Shown piece by piece: positions 30,785 through 41,429 of a stretch of DNA of 64,000 nucleotides. The notes below the pieces were generated by a model that was not told the origin of the DNA, did no database searches, and saw only the letters and a list, made by a program, of their open reading frames with translations. The stretch comes from an uncultured cyanobacterium (GTDB lineage: Bacteria > Cyanobacteriota > Cyanobacteriia > Cyanobacteriales > CAWUOF01). The DNA is taken from assembly GCA_963744145.1 (NCBI GenBank), contig CAVUSO010000001.1:5984001-6048000 (forward strand), read 5' to 3'. Each line of letters begins with the position of its first letter. Position 1 is the stretch's first letter. The translations under genes were made by a program, and so were the position numbers.

Positions 30785-30988
30785 CTATCTGTTGATATGA
30801 CGAGAAACAAGTTTTTCACAATGAGCTTGTGTTTGGTGTAACAATTGCTCACGACTATCTGCTGTCTTAGTCAGTGTAGGAACCAAGTTGCGAGCTTGTA
30901 GAGCCATGTGAAGCTGTAAATGGGCCACATACTCACTAATATCTTCACGCAATGGACAAGATGGATATTGATTTGAACGGGACTTCAA
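30785..30988 (-). CDS. Small hypothetical protein (67 aa)
   Basis: TTG start behind a strong SD (AGGAAGGAG); helical protein-like sequence YVAHLQLHMALQARNL. Confidence 0.7.
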   Translation of the reverse strand: MKSRSNQYPSCPLREDISEYVAHLQLHMALQARNLVPTLTKTADSREQLLHQTQAHCEKLVSRHINR

Positions 30989-31247
30989 AGCGTTCTCCTT
31001 CCTTAAATCGGCACACCAAAAGAGATTATCACCACTTTTCCTGATCTCTGCAATTTGTAATAAAGGTTAACTATTCAGAATTGGGATCTGAATGTCGTTC
31101 AGTAGGGACTTTGGTACTTGCAGATTGGAGATCAATCTTTGGATATTTTTTTGTCACTACAAACACTACTTATTGTACATATAGAAATTTGGTCTCATAA
31201 CTAAAGTATAACATTTTTCAGGTAGATTCTGATCAAATAGATTCATG

Positions 31248-31308
31248 ACAATAGCTAGGAATTAACCAATGGTTCTGCAACTTACTCTCCCCCAAAAAAA
31301 AGAACCTG
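31248..31308 (+). repeat. Direct repeat, copy 1 (partner at 38167..38225)
   Basis: 40 identical bp ACAATAGCTAGGAATTAACCAATGGTTCTGCAACTTACTC, then shared CAAAAAAAAGAACCTG. Confidence 0.9.
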
Positions 31309-31730
31309 TTATTTTCCGATTACATAGAAGGAATTTTAGCTAAATTCTGGAGCTATTAAACATTAAATTCCCATTAAAACGATTGCCACTAATGTCTTTC
31401 GAGCCTAGTATCCTAACTTTCGATCAGATATCATGATGGCTGATCGATATAGATTAAAACTTAGCTAATGTTAGGTGTAAATATTGATTAGTGATATTTA
31501 AATAAATTTAATATAATATTATAGTGCCAAAAGTAATATGTATACTTATGGCAAATAGAGAAAATGACTTACTCGCTGAGTAGACCATTTTTTCGTGGAA
31601 TCTGAAAAACAGGAAGTTCTTGAAAAATATTCCATCCAAAACATTATGCTCACCTGTTTAAAATCTTTGCTAAAGAACCCGAAGTAGTAAACTGCAACTC
31701 TCAACTATATTTTATTTACAGGTTTGGCCT

Positions 31731-33083
31731 ATGGAATCTTCCAATATACCCAATAAAACCGAAAAAATTTCCCAGCAAGATGGACATAATACTAAGGCTA
31801 TTCTTGAACTTGAGAATCCTGCTGTTCCAGTAGTTTCTCCTAGGACCCAACCTGAACCGAGCCATTTCTCTCCCGGCAAATTCATCATTTTGAGTCTGTT
31901 AGGAGTTGGAGTTGTAATTGCAGTCATTTTCGGATTTCGCTGGTGGCATTATGCCCAAATTCATGAGGAAACAGACAATGCCTATACAACGGGACATATA
32001 AATCCGGTAACTGCTAGGATTTCCGGTACTGTGACCCAAATCTTGGTGGATGACAATCAGACAGTCTCTCAAGGGGCACTCTTGGTAAAGCTTGATCCCA
32101 ACGATTATCAGGTAAGTTTGCAGCAAGCTCAAGCAGCATTAGAAGCTTCGGTTCGACAAGCAGACGTGGCGAAAACTAATATTGGTGTAGGAGCAACTAA
32201 TGCTCAAGGACAAACAACTACTGCTCAGGGAAACATTGATGCAGCAGCAGCAGTTATAGCAACGAATCAGGCTGCCCTAGCAGAAGCCCAAGCAGGGGTG
32301 CCAGTGGTGCAAGCACAGTTAGCTGGGGTGGAAGCTAATCTTACCAAAGCGCAGTTGGACTATCAACGATATGCAGAACTTGTTGAGGAAGGAGCAGTGT
32401 CACGGCAACAGTATGATTCAGCCAAAGCCACCTATGAGGCATTGATCGCCCAACGAGATGCCATGAAGGAACAGGTTAATCAAGCCCGGGCGAGGGTAGC
32501 CCAAGCACAAGAAAACCTGACTAATGCCCAAGCAAAGCTGGAATCTTCCAAAGGTGGCTTACAGCAAGCAGACGCGACCAACCAGCAGACATTAGCCAGC
32601 CAGCAGCAGTATAAAGTAGCTCTCGCCGCGATCGCCCAAGCCCAAACTCAAGTAAAAAATGCTCAACTACAGTTGAGCTATACCATCATCACTGCACCAG
32701 TAGCTGGCATAATTGGCAACAAAACGGTAGAAATTGGTCAACGCGTACAACCGGGTCAAACTCTACTGTCTGTGGTTCAGGAACAGCCCTGGGTCGTTGC
32801 CAACTTTAAGGAAACGCAATTAGAGAAGATGCAGCCCAATCAAGAAGTTGAGATTAAGCTCGACGCATTCCCTCAACACATATTTAAAGGCAAGGTAAAT
32901 AGTATGGCTCCAGCTTCAGGGGCAAAATTTGCCCTACTGCCACCTGATAATTCTACAGGCAATTTCACTAAAATTGTCCAGCGTATCCCGATCAAAATTG
33001 TGTTTGAGCCTGAGAGCATCAAGGGCTATGAGGCGCGTATTACACCTGGTATGTCAGCAATTGTAACGGTCGAGACACGTTAA
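31731..33083 (+). CDS. HlyD / EmrA-family membrane fusion protein
   Basis: TDNAY, long coiled coil, ANFKETQL, PPDNSTGNFTKIVQRIP. Confidence 0.93.
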   Translation: MESSNIPNKTEKISQQDGHNTKAILELENPAVPVVSPRTQPEPSHFSPGKFIILSLLGVGVVIAVIFGFRWWHYAQIHEETDNAYTTGHINPVTARISGTVTQILVDDNQTVSQGALLVKLDPNDYQVSLQQAQAALEASVRQADVAKTNIGVGATNAQGQTTTAQGNIDAAAAVIATNQAALAEAQAGVPVVQAQLAGVEANLTKAQLDYQRYAELVEEGAVSRQQYDSAKATYEALIAQRDAMKEQVNQARARVAQAQENLTNAQAKLESSKGGLQQADATNQQTLASQQQYKVALAAIAQAQTQVKNAQLQLSYTIITAPVAGIIGNKTVEIGQRVQPGQTLLSVVQEQPWVVANFKETQLEKMQPNQEVEIKLDAFPQHIFKGKVNSMAPASGAKFALLPPDNSTGNFTKIVQRIPIKIVFEPESIKGYEARITPGMSAIVTVETR

Positions 33084-33108
33084 CAAATCATCATTCTCTC
33101 CCATACCT

Positions 33109-34695
33109 GTGACTACTACAAATTTAACCCATCGATCCACTACTAAGCTATCACCCCAATTAAGTACCAAAGACTGGATTGGTGTACTATCTACGCTCTT
33201 AGGAGCATTCATGGCAGTGCTGGATATCCAGATTACGAATGCCTCCTTGAATGATATTACTGGAGCTTTAGGTGCCACCATTGATGAAGGGTCTTGGATC
33301 TCTACAGGCTATCTGGTCGCTGAGATTATAGTGATTCCTCTGACTGGATGGCTATCCCAGATATTTTCTGTGCGACGCTACTTGCTGGTAAATGCGATCT
33401 TGTTTCTGCTGTTCTCTGTTGCTTGTGCCTGGGCTAGCAGTTTGCCAATCATGATTTTATTCCGGGCTGGCCAGGGATTTACCGGTGGAGTGCTGATTCC
33501 AATGGCATTTACGGTTATTTTGACTACTCTACCACCTGCAAAACAGCCGATCGGTTTAGCACTGTTTGCAATTACAGCAACTTTTGCCCCTTCAATTGGT
33601 CCGACAGTCGGAGGTTGGCTAACTGATAACTATAGCTGGCAATATATTTTTTATCTAAATGTGATTCCTGGATTGGCTTTGATTGCAGGCGTTTGGTATG
33701 CAATTCCATCCAAACCCATGCAACTAGAATTATTGAAACGTGGCGATTGGTGGGGCATTGCCACTATGGCGATCGGTCTGGCTTCGCTAGAGTTTTTTTT
33801 AGAGGAGGGCAATCGCAAGGATTGGCTTGGCTCTGAAGAGATCCAGCAAGCTGGGATCATTACTAGCTTGACTTTACCCCTCTTTATTTGGATTCAGTTT
33901 AGCCGGAAGCAACCCTTGCTCAATTTACGATTGCTAGGACAACGGAACTTTGGCATATCTATATTAGTTAATCTAGCAACTGGTTTGGGTCTCTACGGTT
34001 CTGTTTATATCTTGCCCCTATTCTTAGCCCAAATTGCAGGCTACAATGCCATGACCATTGGTGAAACCATCATGTGGGCAGGTATTCCTCAGTTGTTTAT
34101 TATTCCCTTCATGCCTCGGGTAATGCAGCGATTCGATCTACGCATCCTAATCGCTATGGGACTGATCTTGTTTGGGATTAGTTGTTTTATGAATTCATCA
34201 TTGACCTACGATACTGGACTGGATCAATTACGTTGGTCTCAGATTGTGCGAGCTTTAGGTCAACCGTTTGTTATTACTCCGCTTTCCAGTGTAGCTACTG
34301 CTGGGATTGAGCCTAAGCAAATTGGTTCTGCTTCTGCTGTATTTAACGTCTCTCGTAACTTGGGAGGTTCGCTCGGCATTGCTATTTTAGGCACCCTTCA
34401 ATCTGTCCGGGAACGCTTTCACTCCAATAGATTAGTTGAAGCAATTTCTTTGAGCAACCCAATTACTCGCGATCGCCTAGATCAACTCACCCAGTTTTTC
34501 CTAACTAAGAACGGCGATCCGGTTATGGCTCAAAATCAAGCCTATTCAATGCTCGACAAACTTACACGCCGAGAAGCTAATGTGATGGCATATAACGACT
34601 GCTTTTTCTTTATGGGCTGCGCTTTAGTTGCTGCGGCCCTATTAACATTATGCTTCAAGAAGGTGAAGCCAACCGGAGGAGCTGTTGGGCATTAA
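33109..34695 (+). CDS. DHA2 / EmrB-family MFS efflux permease
   Basis: FMAVLDIQITN, WISTGYL, APSIGPTVGGWL, RNLGGSLG. Confidence 0.93.
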   Translation: MTTTNLTHRSTTKLSPQLSTKDWIGVLSTLLGAFMAVLDIQITNASLNDITGALGATIDEGSWISTGYLVAEIIVIPLTGWLSQIFSVRRYLLVNAILFLLFSVACAWASSLPIMILFRAGQGFTGGVLIPMAFTVILTTLPPAKQPIGLALFAITATFAPSIGPTVGGWLTDNYSWQYIFYLNVIPGLALIAGVWYAIPSKPMQLELLKRGDWWGIATMAIGLASLEFFLEEGNRKDWLGSEEIQQAGIITSLTLPLFIWIQFSRKQPLLNLRLLGQRNFGISILVNLATGLGLYGSVYILPLFLAQIAGYNAMTIGETIMWAGIPQLFIIPFMPRVMQRFDLRILIAMGLILFGISCFMNSSLTYDTGLDQLRWSQIVRALGQPFVITPLSSVATAGIEPKQIGSASAVFNVSRNLGGSLGIAILGTLQSVRERFHSNRLVEAISLSNPITRDRLDQLTQFFLTKNGDPVMAQNQAYSMLDKLTRREANVMAYNDCFFFMGCALVAAALLTLCFKKVKPTGGAVGH

Positions 34696-34719
34696 ATTAA
34701 CCCTATGGCTTTGATAGAT

Positions 34720-34938
34720 TTAGGGACGTGGAATTAAATCATTAAGATCGATTCCTAACCCAATCAACCGCTCACACTCTGGACAGTCATAGGTAGTTGG
34801 CGGACGCTCCATCGGTGGTAACTGATTTCCACAAGTTAAACAAGTTTTTGTGAACCGAGGCATTACACTTCGAGTCGTCGTCAGTACCATAATCTGGGTA
34901 AGTATACCAAGCCCAATTAGAATAAGCGCAGTAATCAT
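34720..34938 (-). CDS. Small membrane-anchored protein with CxxC..CxxC zinc ribbon
   Basis: Hydrophobic N-terminus; CLTCG and CPEC; start moved to ATG 34938. Confidence 0.55.
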   Translation of the reverse strand: MITALILIGLGILTQIMVLTTTRSVMPRFTKTCLTCGNQLPPMERPPTTYDCPECERLIGLGIDLNDLIPRP

Positions 34939-35048
34939 ATATATTACCGGAAAGGTATTTCTTAAAATATTAATATAAAATAGAAGCCCGCGCACCTGTT
35001 GAGAAAATACTTAATCTAGTCTAAATTTTTATTAAGAGTATGGAATGC

Positions 35049-36446
35049 TCAAGAATTTGTCAATGGTAAGCAAACGGTAAATCGCGTTCTGCCAGGTTTC
35101 GACTCAAAGGTAATTGTGCCATGATGGCGATTCTCTACAATTCGCCTGGTGGTTTCTAGTCCTAGTCCAGATCCCTGACCAACAGGTTTAGTAGTAAAGA
35201 AAGGTTCAAAAATTCGGGTTTGAATTTCCGGAGGGATGCCACTGCCAGAGTCAATGATATCTACTCGAGCCAATTGACCGCAATGCTGAGTTGTAATTTC
35301 TAGCAACCCTTTTCCTGCCATAGCATCGATCGCATTATCAATTAAGTTTGTCCACACCTGGTTCAGTTCGCTGCCATAGGCAAATAACTTTGGTAACTGG
35401 AGATCGTAATGGCGTTGGATCTGGATACCATATTTAAGTTTGTGTGTCAATAACCTTAATGTATCTTCTAGTCCTTGATGTAGGTTCACCTCTTGTTGTA
35501 CGCCCTGATCCAAATAGGAGTAAGACTTCATAGCCTGCACTAAATCTGCAATCCGTTCGGCACCATGCAATCCATGTTTAATCATCGACATCACTTCAAA
35601 GGAGAGCGCTAGCCAGTGCAAACCCATTTCCCGCAATTCAGTGGGATCATCTCGCCATCGTTCCATCAGCTGATCTAAAGTGGCGATCGCTACGCCCCCT
35701 TCCGCTAAGGGTAGGGCTAGTTTCCATGCTTGTTCCACACCATAGTCTTCTAACCAGGTGAGTAATTCATCTTCCCGATCGCTTAAGGTCGCTGGATCGA
35801 GGCGATCGTTGAGAATAACATCATATCCCCGATCGCGCGTCTGTACCCATTGCTCTGTATGGGCTGCTTCAACTTGGCGTTGCCCATAAACCAGGTTGAT
35901 GCGCTGAAGTTCTTGATTAGCCGCAGGCATTTTTCGCAAAGCACGAACTAATGCCGCCGCAGGATTATTAAGTTCATGGGCTAGACCCGCAGCCAGGGTG
36001 CCTAGGGCAGCCATTTTCTCCCTACCACGAATAAATGATTCTAGTCGGCGTGTGCGATCTTGCATAATCCGAAAGACGATGCGCTCAAAATCTCGGCACT
36101 CATGTAGTAGAGTCAGAAAATCATCGCCGACAATTTCATAAAGTCTACAGTCCCTAATAGCCCGGAAAGTTACAAGCCAAGGCTCATCAGTAAGAACGGG
36201 AATTTCGCCAAAGAATGAGGGTGCTTCATGTTGTCCGATGGGAATGTCATTACCTCCACTGCGACGGGTAATACTCAGTTGACCTGCCATCAAGATCAGT
36301 ATGCCCCGGGGTGCATCACCTTCCTGGATGAGAATTTCTCCAGGACCCAGGGCGATCGCTTGAGAACGATCGCACAGCCACTCTAGTCGATGCAGTGGAA
36401 GTTGATTAAAGGGTTCCAGTTTGATTAAATCTTCTGTACAAAGCAT
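35049..36446 (-). CDS. cNMP-domain sensor histidine kinase
   Basis: N-terminal cNMP fold (FFGEIP); AHELNNP, NLIDNA, DSGSG, FFTTK, GSGLGL. Confidence 0.92.
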   Translation of the reverse strand: MLCTEDLIKLEPFNQLPLHRLEWLCDRSQAIALGPGEILIQEGDAPRGILILMAGQLSITRRSGGNDIPIGQHEAPSFFGEIPVLTDEPWLVTFRAIRDCRLYEIVGDDFLTLLHECRDFERIVFRIMQDRTRRLESFIRGREKMAALGTLAAGLAHELNNPAAALVRALRKMPAANQELQRINLVYGQRQVEAAHTEQWVQTRDRGYDVILNDRLDPATLSDREDELLTWLEDYGVEQAWKLALPLAEGGVAIATLDQLMERWRDDPTELREMGLHWLALSFEVMSMIKHGLHGAERIADLVQAMKSYSYLDQGVQQEVNLHQGLEDTLRLLTHKLKYGIQIQRHYDLQLPKLFAYGSELNQVWTNLIDNAIDAMAGKGLLEITTQHCGQLARVDIIDSGSGIPPEIQTRIFEPFFTTKPVGQGSGLGLETTRRIVENRHHGTITFESKPGRTRFTVCLPLTNS

Positions 36447-36464
36447 TCAGATCGTCTCCTGATG

Positions 36465-38129
36465 CTAACTTTTAGCCAGATAGCGATGGATAAGTTGCAC
36501 TGCGATCGCGCCTTCACCTACGCTAGATGCGACTCGTTTGATGGAGCCAGCACGCACATCTCCAGCAGCAAAAATTCCTGGAACACTGCTTTCTAGCAAG
36601 AAAGGAGGGCGATCGAGTTTCCAGCCTCGTAGAACTTTTCCAGTTTGCATCAAATCAGATCCTGTCAAGATAAACCCCTGAGCATCTCGTTCAACGATAC
36701 CCTCTAGCCAATCAGTTTTAGGAATGGCTCCAATAAAGATAAAAAGTGATTGAGCTGGGACGGTTTCAGTTGTGCCTAGTCTGCCATCTGCAATCACAAT
36801 TGCTTCCAAGTGCTGCTCTCCCTTTACCTCAACCACACTACAACAAGTGCAAACCTGGATGTTTTCAGTGGCAGCAATCTGGTCAATCAAATACTGGGAC
36901 ATATTAGCAGAAAGGGATTCACCTCGCACCAGCATGATGACTTTCCGGGCATATTTGGCAAAGTGCATCGCAGCTTGTCCAGCGGAGTTAGCCCCGCCAA
37001 CGAGATAGACATCTTCATTACGACAGGAGATCGCTTCGGTGATCGCCGCACCGTAATAGATACCTGCCCCTGTAAGTTTCTCAGCTCCAGGTATATTTAA
37101 CCAACGGTAGGAAACACCTGTGGCCACAAGTAGAGCATGGCAATTCAGTTCGTTGCCATCTGCAAATTGTAAAATTCGGTATGGATCTTTAAGCCTCATC
37201 CCGATGACGGTTTGAGGGGTCAAAATCTCTACTCCAAAACGTCTAGCCTGAGTGACTGCTCGTCTAGCTAAATCACTACCACTTAAGCCCACGGGAAACC
37301 CTAAATAGTTTTCAATGCGGGAACTAGAACCAGCTTGTCCTCCTGGTGCTTCGCGCTCAATTAAAACTGTGCTTAAGCCCTCAGAGGCACCATAGACAGC
37401 AGCAGCCAGTCCAGCTGGACCACCCCCGACAATCGCTAGGTCATAAAATGGTTGCTCTGCATGAGTTTTCAAGCCAATCTTTTCGGCGATCGCCATGTTA
37501 GATGGTTGAAGGAGACGGAAACCATCGGGAAATAAAACTAGGGGCAACTTTTGTTGATCGTCAGTTTCCACATCCTCCAGCAGTTTTCCGGCTTCTGGCT
37601 CCAATTCCAGATCTAACCACTCATAGGGAATTTGATTCCGTGCCAAAAAGTTTTTGATCTGATGGGAGGAGGGAGACCAGCGATGCCCTACTACCCGAAT
37701 CCCCTCAAAAGATGGACGGAAATTGGCTAACCAATCTTCCAGTAAGTCATCTAAAACTGGATAAAGCCGTTCTTCAGGTGGGTCCCAAGGTTTAAGCAGG
37801 TAGTAATCTAGTCGGGCACTATTGATCGACTGAATCGCTGTATCCGTATCAGCATAAGCAGTAAGTAACACCCGTTTTGCTAGGGGAAAAAGCTCTTTTG
37901 CTTGTTCAATGAACTCCACCCCACCCATCGAAGGCATCCGTTGATCGACCAGAAATAGGGCAACAGGTTCATTTCGCAATTTTAGTTTCTGCAATACATC
38001 CAAAGCGACAATACCAGACTCAGCTCTGACAATGCGAAAGCGATCGCCATATTGATACCGCAAATCCTGGGAGACCGCTTGCAAAACGTCTGGATCATCA
38101 TCAACTGTAAGGACGACAGGTTTAGCCAT
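36465..38129 (-). CDS. Response-regulator receiver fused to a thioredoxin-reductase-like FAD oxidoreductase
   Basis: VDDD..DQRMP..KPW receiver; GGGPAG, IENYLGFP, GGANSAG, GIFAAGD. Confidence 0.92.
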   Translation of the reverse strand: MAKPVVLTVDDDPDVLQAVSQDLRYQYGDRFRIVRAESGIVALDVLQKLKLRNEPVALFLVDQRMPSMGGVEFIEQAKELFPLAKRVLLTAYADTDTAIQSINSARLDYYLLKPWDPPEERLYPVLDDLLEDWLANFRPSFEGIRVVGHRWSPSSHQIKNFLARNQIPYEWLDLELEPEAGKLLEDVETDDQQKLPLVLFPDGFRLLQPSNMAIAEKIGLKTHAEQPFYDLAIVGGGPAGLAAAVYGASEGLSTVLIEREAPGGQAGSSSRIENYLGFPVGLSGSDLARRAVTQARRFGVEILTPQTVIGMRLKDPYRILQFADGNELNCHALLVATGVSYRWLNIPGAEKLTGAGIYYGAAITEAISCRNEDVYLVGGANSAGQAAMHFAKYARKVIMLVRGESLSANMSQYLIDQIAATENIQVCTCCSVVEVKGEQHLEAIVIADGRLGTTETVPAQSLFIFIGAIPKTDWLEGIVERDAQGFILTGSDLMQTGKVLRGWKLDRPPFLLESSVPGIFAAGDVRAGSIKRVASSVGEGAIAVQLIHRYLAKS

Positions 38130-38166
38130 TAAATTTACCCGTTATTTCTAATAAAATAGACTCGTT

Positions 38167-38225
38167 ACAATAGCTAGGAATTAACCAATGGTTCTGCAAC
38201 TTACTCCTACAAAAAAAAGAACCTG
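38167..38225 (+). repeat. Direct repeat, copy 2 (partner at 31248..31308)
   Basis: Same 40-bp core and A8GAACCTG tail. Confidence 0.9.
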
Positions 38226-38345
38226 ATCTACTCTTGTAGCTTTATCCTCTTGATTTTCCGAGGTTTTCGGACTATATTTTCGGGATTCTGCTGATTTTTT
38301 TCTGGAGATTTTTTGGTGGTTTTTCGAGGTGATTCGCTACAATAT

Positions 38346-39566
38346 TTAATTGCTCCCAGCTACTGGTATCTGAGATGCTTCAGTTAAATTAGTATGTCTC
38401 CAACCCTGATTAAACCCTCTATTTTCATACCAAATTTCGTGAATTTGCCCATCTGTACCTCGGTAAACTATATGCTGACTTCCCAATACATAACCAAAAG
38501 GATTTCCTGCTGCTGCTGGTGCTTTGGCTGACTGAGTTAAATTATCATAACGCCACTTACTATTAAACAGACTATGATCAAACCATAATTCATTAATATT
38601 GCCATCGGCACTAAGATAAACCAGATGTAAACTTCTCAACGAATAAGCACTTGGTTGTCCGATCGCTAAAGGTGCTTTAGTTTCTGTGGTTAAATCAGTA
38701 TGACGCCACTTTTGACTAAACCCTTGAGTATTAAACCAAAGTTCATGGATATGATGATCTATTCCTCGGTAAATTACGTGCAGATTTTCTAACACATATC
38801 CAATTGGTTCTGATGCTGCTAATGGTGCTTGAGCTTCTGCTGTAATATTCGAGTGTTGCCATTTATTTCGATCGAACCAAACTTCATGAATCTGATGATC
38901 TACAGCTCGATAGACAACGTGCAAAGTCCCTAAGGAATATCCCGATGGATTACCTACTGCTAAAGGTGCTTTAGCTTCCTCAGTAATATTTTCATGTTTC
39001 CATTGATTCCCTTCAAACCAGATTTCGTGGATATGATCATCTATTCCCCGATAAATAACGTGCAAACTATTCAGGACATAACCAACAGGTTCCCCTTTAC
39101 TCAAGGGTGCTTGAGCTGCTTGGGTTAAATCAACATGAATCCATTTACCATGATCAAACCAGATTTCGTGAATGTGATGATCTATGCCTTGGTAAACTAT
39201 GTGCAAACTACCGAGGGAATAACCATAAGGATTCCCAATGATTGGTGGAGCGTTACTTTCCTGGGTCAAATCAGCTTGTTTCCACTTCCCACCATCAAAC
39301 CAAATTTCGTGGATGTGACTATCTGGACCTCGATAAAGGACGTGCTGACTTCCGAGAGAATAACCCAATGGATCTCCCAGAACTGGCTCAGGATTGACCA
39401 CTGAAACGCGATCGCGATGATCTTGACTTAACCAACTAGGATGAGACCCACTCAATGCAGCTAATGTAACTTTCGTTACTGCCAACGGTGGGAATAAGCC
39501 CATATAAATAACCAGAAGCGTAGCAGTACAAGATTGACCTAATCTAGCCAGAAGCAGTTTATTCAT
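38346..39566 (-). CDS. Secreted seven-repeat beta-propeller protein, lectin-like
   Basis: Seven ~47-51 aa repeats PxGY..HVxYRGxDxHIHEIWF..W.H.DLT..AP; hydrophobic leader; start moved to ATG 39566. Confidence 0.8.
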   Translation of the reverse strand: MNKLLLARLGQSCTATLLVIYMGLFPPLAVTKVTLAALSGSHPSWLSQDHRDRVSVVNPEPVLGDPLGYSLGSQHVLYRGPDSHIHEIWFDGGKWKQADLTQESNAPPIIGNPYGYSLGSLHIVYQGIDHHIHEIWFDHGKWIHVDLTQAAQAPLSKGEPVGYVLNSLHVIYRGIDDHIHEIWFEGNQWKHENITEEAKAPLAVGNPSGYSLGTLHVVYRAVDHQIHEVWFDRNKWQHSNITAEAQAPLAASEPIGYVLENLHVIYRGIDHHIHELWFNTQGFSQKWRHTDLTTETKAPLAIGQPSAYSLRSLHLVYLSADGNINELWFDHSLFNSKWRYDNLTQSAKAPAAAGNPFGYVLGSQHIVYRGTDGQIHEIWYENRGFNQGWRHTNLTEASQIPVAGSN

Positions 39567-39745
39567 AAATATGTTAAAAGTCTTTCTGAGTAAAGGGATG
39601 AGTACCAGATCAGAGCAGGCGATCGGCAAAAAAAGATTGGCATCTTTCCGATCTTAATATCTTCTTTACAAGACAATTTGCGGGATCGGGCTAACCTTAA
39701 GTCAATTATCATTTACGAAAAATACACAATTCCCCAAGAAATCTT

Positions 39746-41173
39746 ATGACACAGCAGAGCTTTGGTGTAATTGGGCTAGCCGTTATGGGCGAAAATCTAG
39801 CACTAAATGTGGAGCGCAATGGTTTTCCCATCTCAGTCTATAACCGCTCAAGTGATAAAACTGAAGCCTTTATGGCAACAAGGGCCCAGGGCAAAAATGC
39901 TAAAGGAACCTATTCGATCGAAGAATTTGTCCAATCCCTGGAACGTCCCCGCAAAATTTTGATTATGGTGAAAGCGGGGGCTCCAGTTGATGCGGTGATT
40001 GAACAATTAAAACCTTTGCTCGATGAGGGTGACATTATCATTGATGGGGGTAATTCTCTCTATGAAGATACTGCCCGTCGGACTCGTGCTTTAGAATCTG
40101 CTAAGTTCAGATTTATCGGGATGGGTGTTAGTGGTGGTGAAGAAGGGGCTCTCTATGGACCCAGTTTAATGCCCGGAGGAACCAAAAGTTCCTATGAATA
40201 TTTAGCACCAATTCTGACCAAGATTGCGGCTCAGGTTGATGATGGTCCCTGTGTGACTTATATTGGCCCTGAAGGTGCGGGTCATTATGTGAAGATGGTC
40301 CATAATGGGATTGAGTATGGTGATATGCAACTAATTGCAGAAGCTTATGACCTACTCAAAAATGCCCTGGGATTGGATCATAATCAGTTACATGAAGTAT
40401 TTGCAGAATGGAATCAAACGGAGGAACTCAATTCCTATTTGATTGAAATTACGGCTGATATCTTTAAGGTGATTGATCCAGATACGGGTAAACCCATTGT
40501 TGATCTGATTCTGGATGCGGCTGGACAAAAAGGGACTGGTCGCTGGACGGTGCAAAGTGCTTTAGAATTGGGTGTGTCGATTCCGACTATTATTGCCGCA
40601 GTAAATGGTCGGATCATTTCTAGTTACAAACAAGAGCGAGTAGCTGCGTCTAAGCTTTTAACTGGTCCGAGTGGTCAGTATCAAGGGGATAGTAAAGCTT
40701 TTATCAATATGATTCGGGATGCGCTCTATTGCTCGAAAATTTGTTCCTACGCTCAAGGAATGGCTCTATTAAGCACAGCATCCAATGTCTATCACTATGA
40801 TCTGAATCTGAGCGAAATTTCCCGGATTTGGAAAGGTGGTTGTATTATTCGCGCTGGATTTTTGAATAAAATCAAACACGCTTTTAATGAGAATCCAGCT
40901 TTACCGAATTTATTGTTAGCTCCCGAGTTTAAACAGACCATCTTAGATCGTCAAGATGCTTGGAGAGAAGTATTAGCTCAAGCAGCTAAATTGGGAATTC
41001 CTGTTCCAGCATTCAGTGCTTCCCTCGATTATTTTGACAGCTATCGTCGCGATCGCTTACCTCAAAATCTCACTCAAGCACAACGTGATTATTTTGGGGC
41101 TCATACCTATGAGCGGATTGATAAACCTGGTTCTTTCCATACAGAATGGATTGCTAGCAGTCACGAAACTTGA
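39746..41173 (+). CDS. gndA: 6-phosphogluconate dehydrogenase (decarboxylating)
   Basis: [32 protein letters not shown]. Confidence 0.98.
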   Translation: MTQQSFGVIGLAVMGENLALNVERNGFPISVYNRSSDKTEAFMATRAQGKNAKGTYSIEEFVQSLERPRKILIMVKAGAPVDAVIEQLKPLLDEGDIIIDGGNSLYEDTARRTRALESAKFRFIGMGVSGGEEGALYGPSLMPGGTKSSYEYLAPILTKIAAQVDDGPCVTYIGPEGAGHYVKMVHNGIEYGDMQLIAEAYDLLKNALGLDHNQLHEVFAEWNQTEELNSYLIEITADIFKVIDPDTGKPIVDLILDAAGQKGTGRWTVQSALELGVSIPTIIAAVNGRIISSYKQERVAASKLLTGPSGQYQGDSKAFINMIRDALYCSKICSYAQGMALLSTASNVYHYDLNLSEISRIWKGGCIIRAGFLNKIKHAFNENPALPNLLLAPEFKQTILDRQDAWREVLAQAAKLGIPVPAFSASLDYFDSYRRDRLPQNLTQAQRDYFGAHTYERIDKPGSFHTEWIASSHET

Positions 41174-41253
41174 TCCAATTCCACACCTCAAGGATATCAA
41201 GCTAAAAAGTCTCTAGAAACCCTTAGTTATACTAAGAGTTAAATCATTTAATC

Positions 41254-41284
41254 ACCCGTTTCTTCTGAGAATACGGGTTTTTTT
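41254..41284 (+). terminator. Intrinsic terminator after gnd
   Basis: ACCCGT-TTCT..AGAA-T-ACGGGT stem followed by a T run. Confidence 0.65.
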
Positions 41285-41429
41285 AATCTCAATAACTCTT
41301 GTTAATCACTAATTTGCAAAGATTTTTAAGGATGCGGTGAACCTGGTATAATTCGTTACCACGATGGCGAAGTTCAAATATATTTGATGTAGTATAATGG
41401 GGTATTTCTCCGTTGACTAATTTGGTCTA

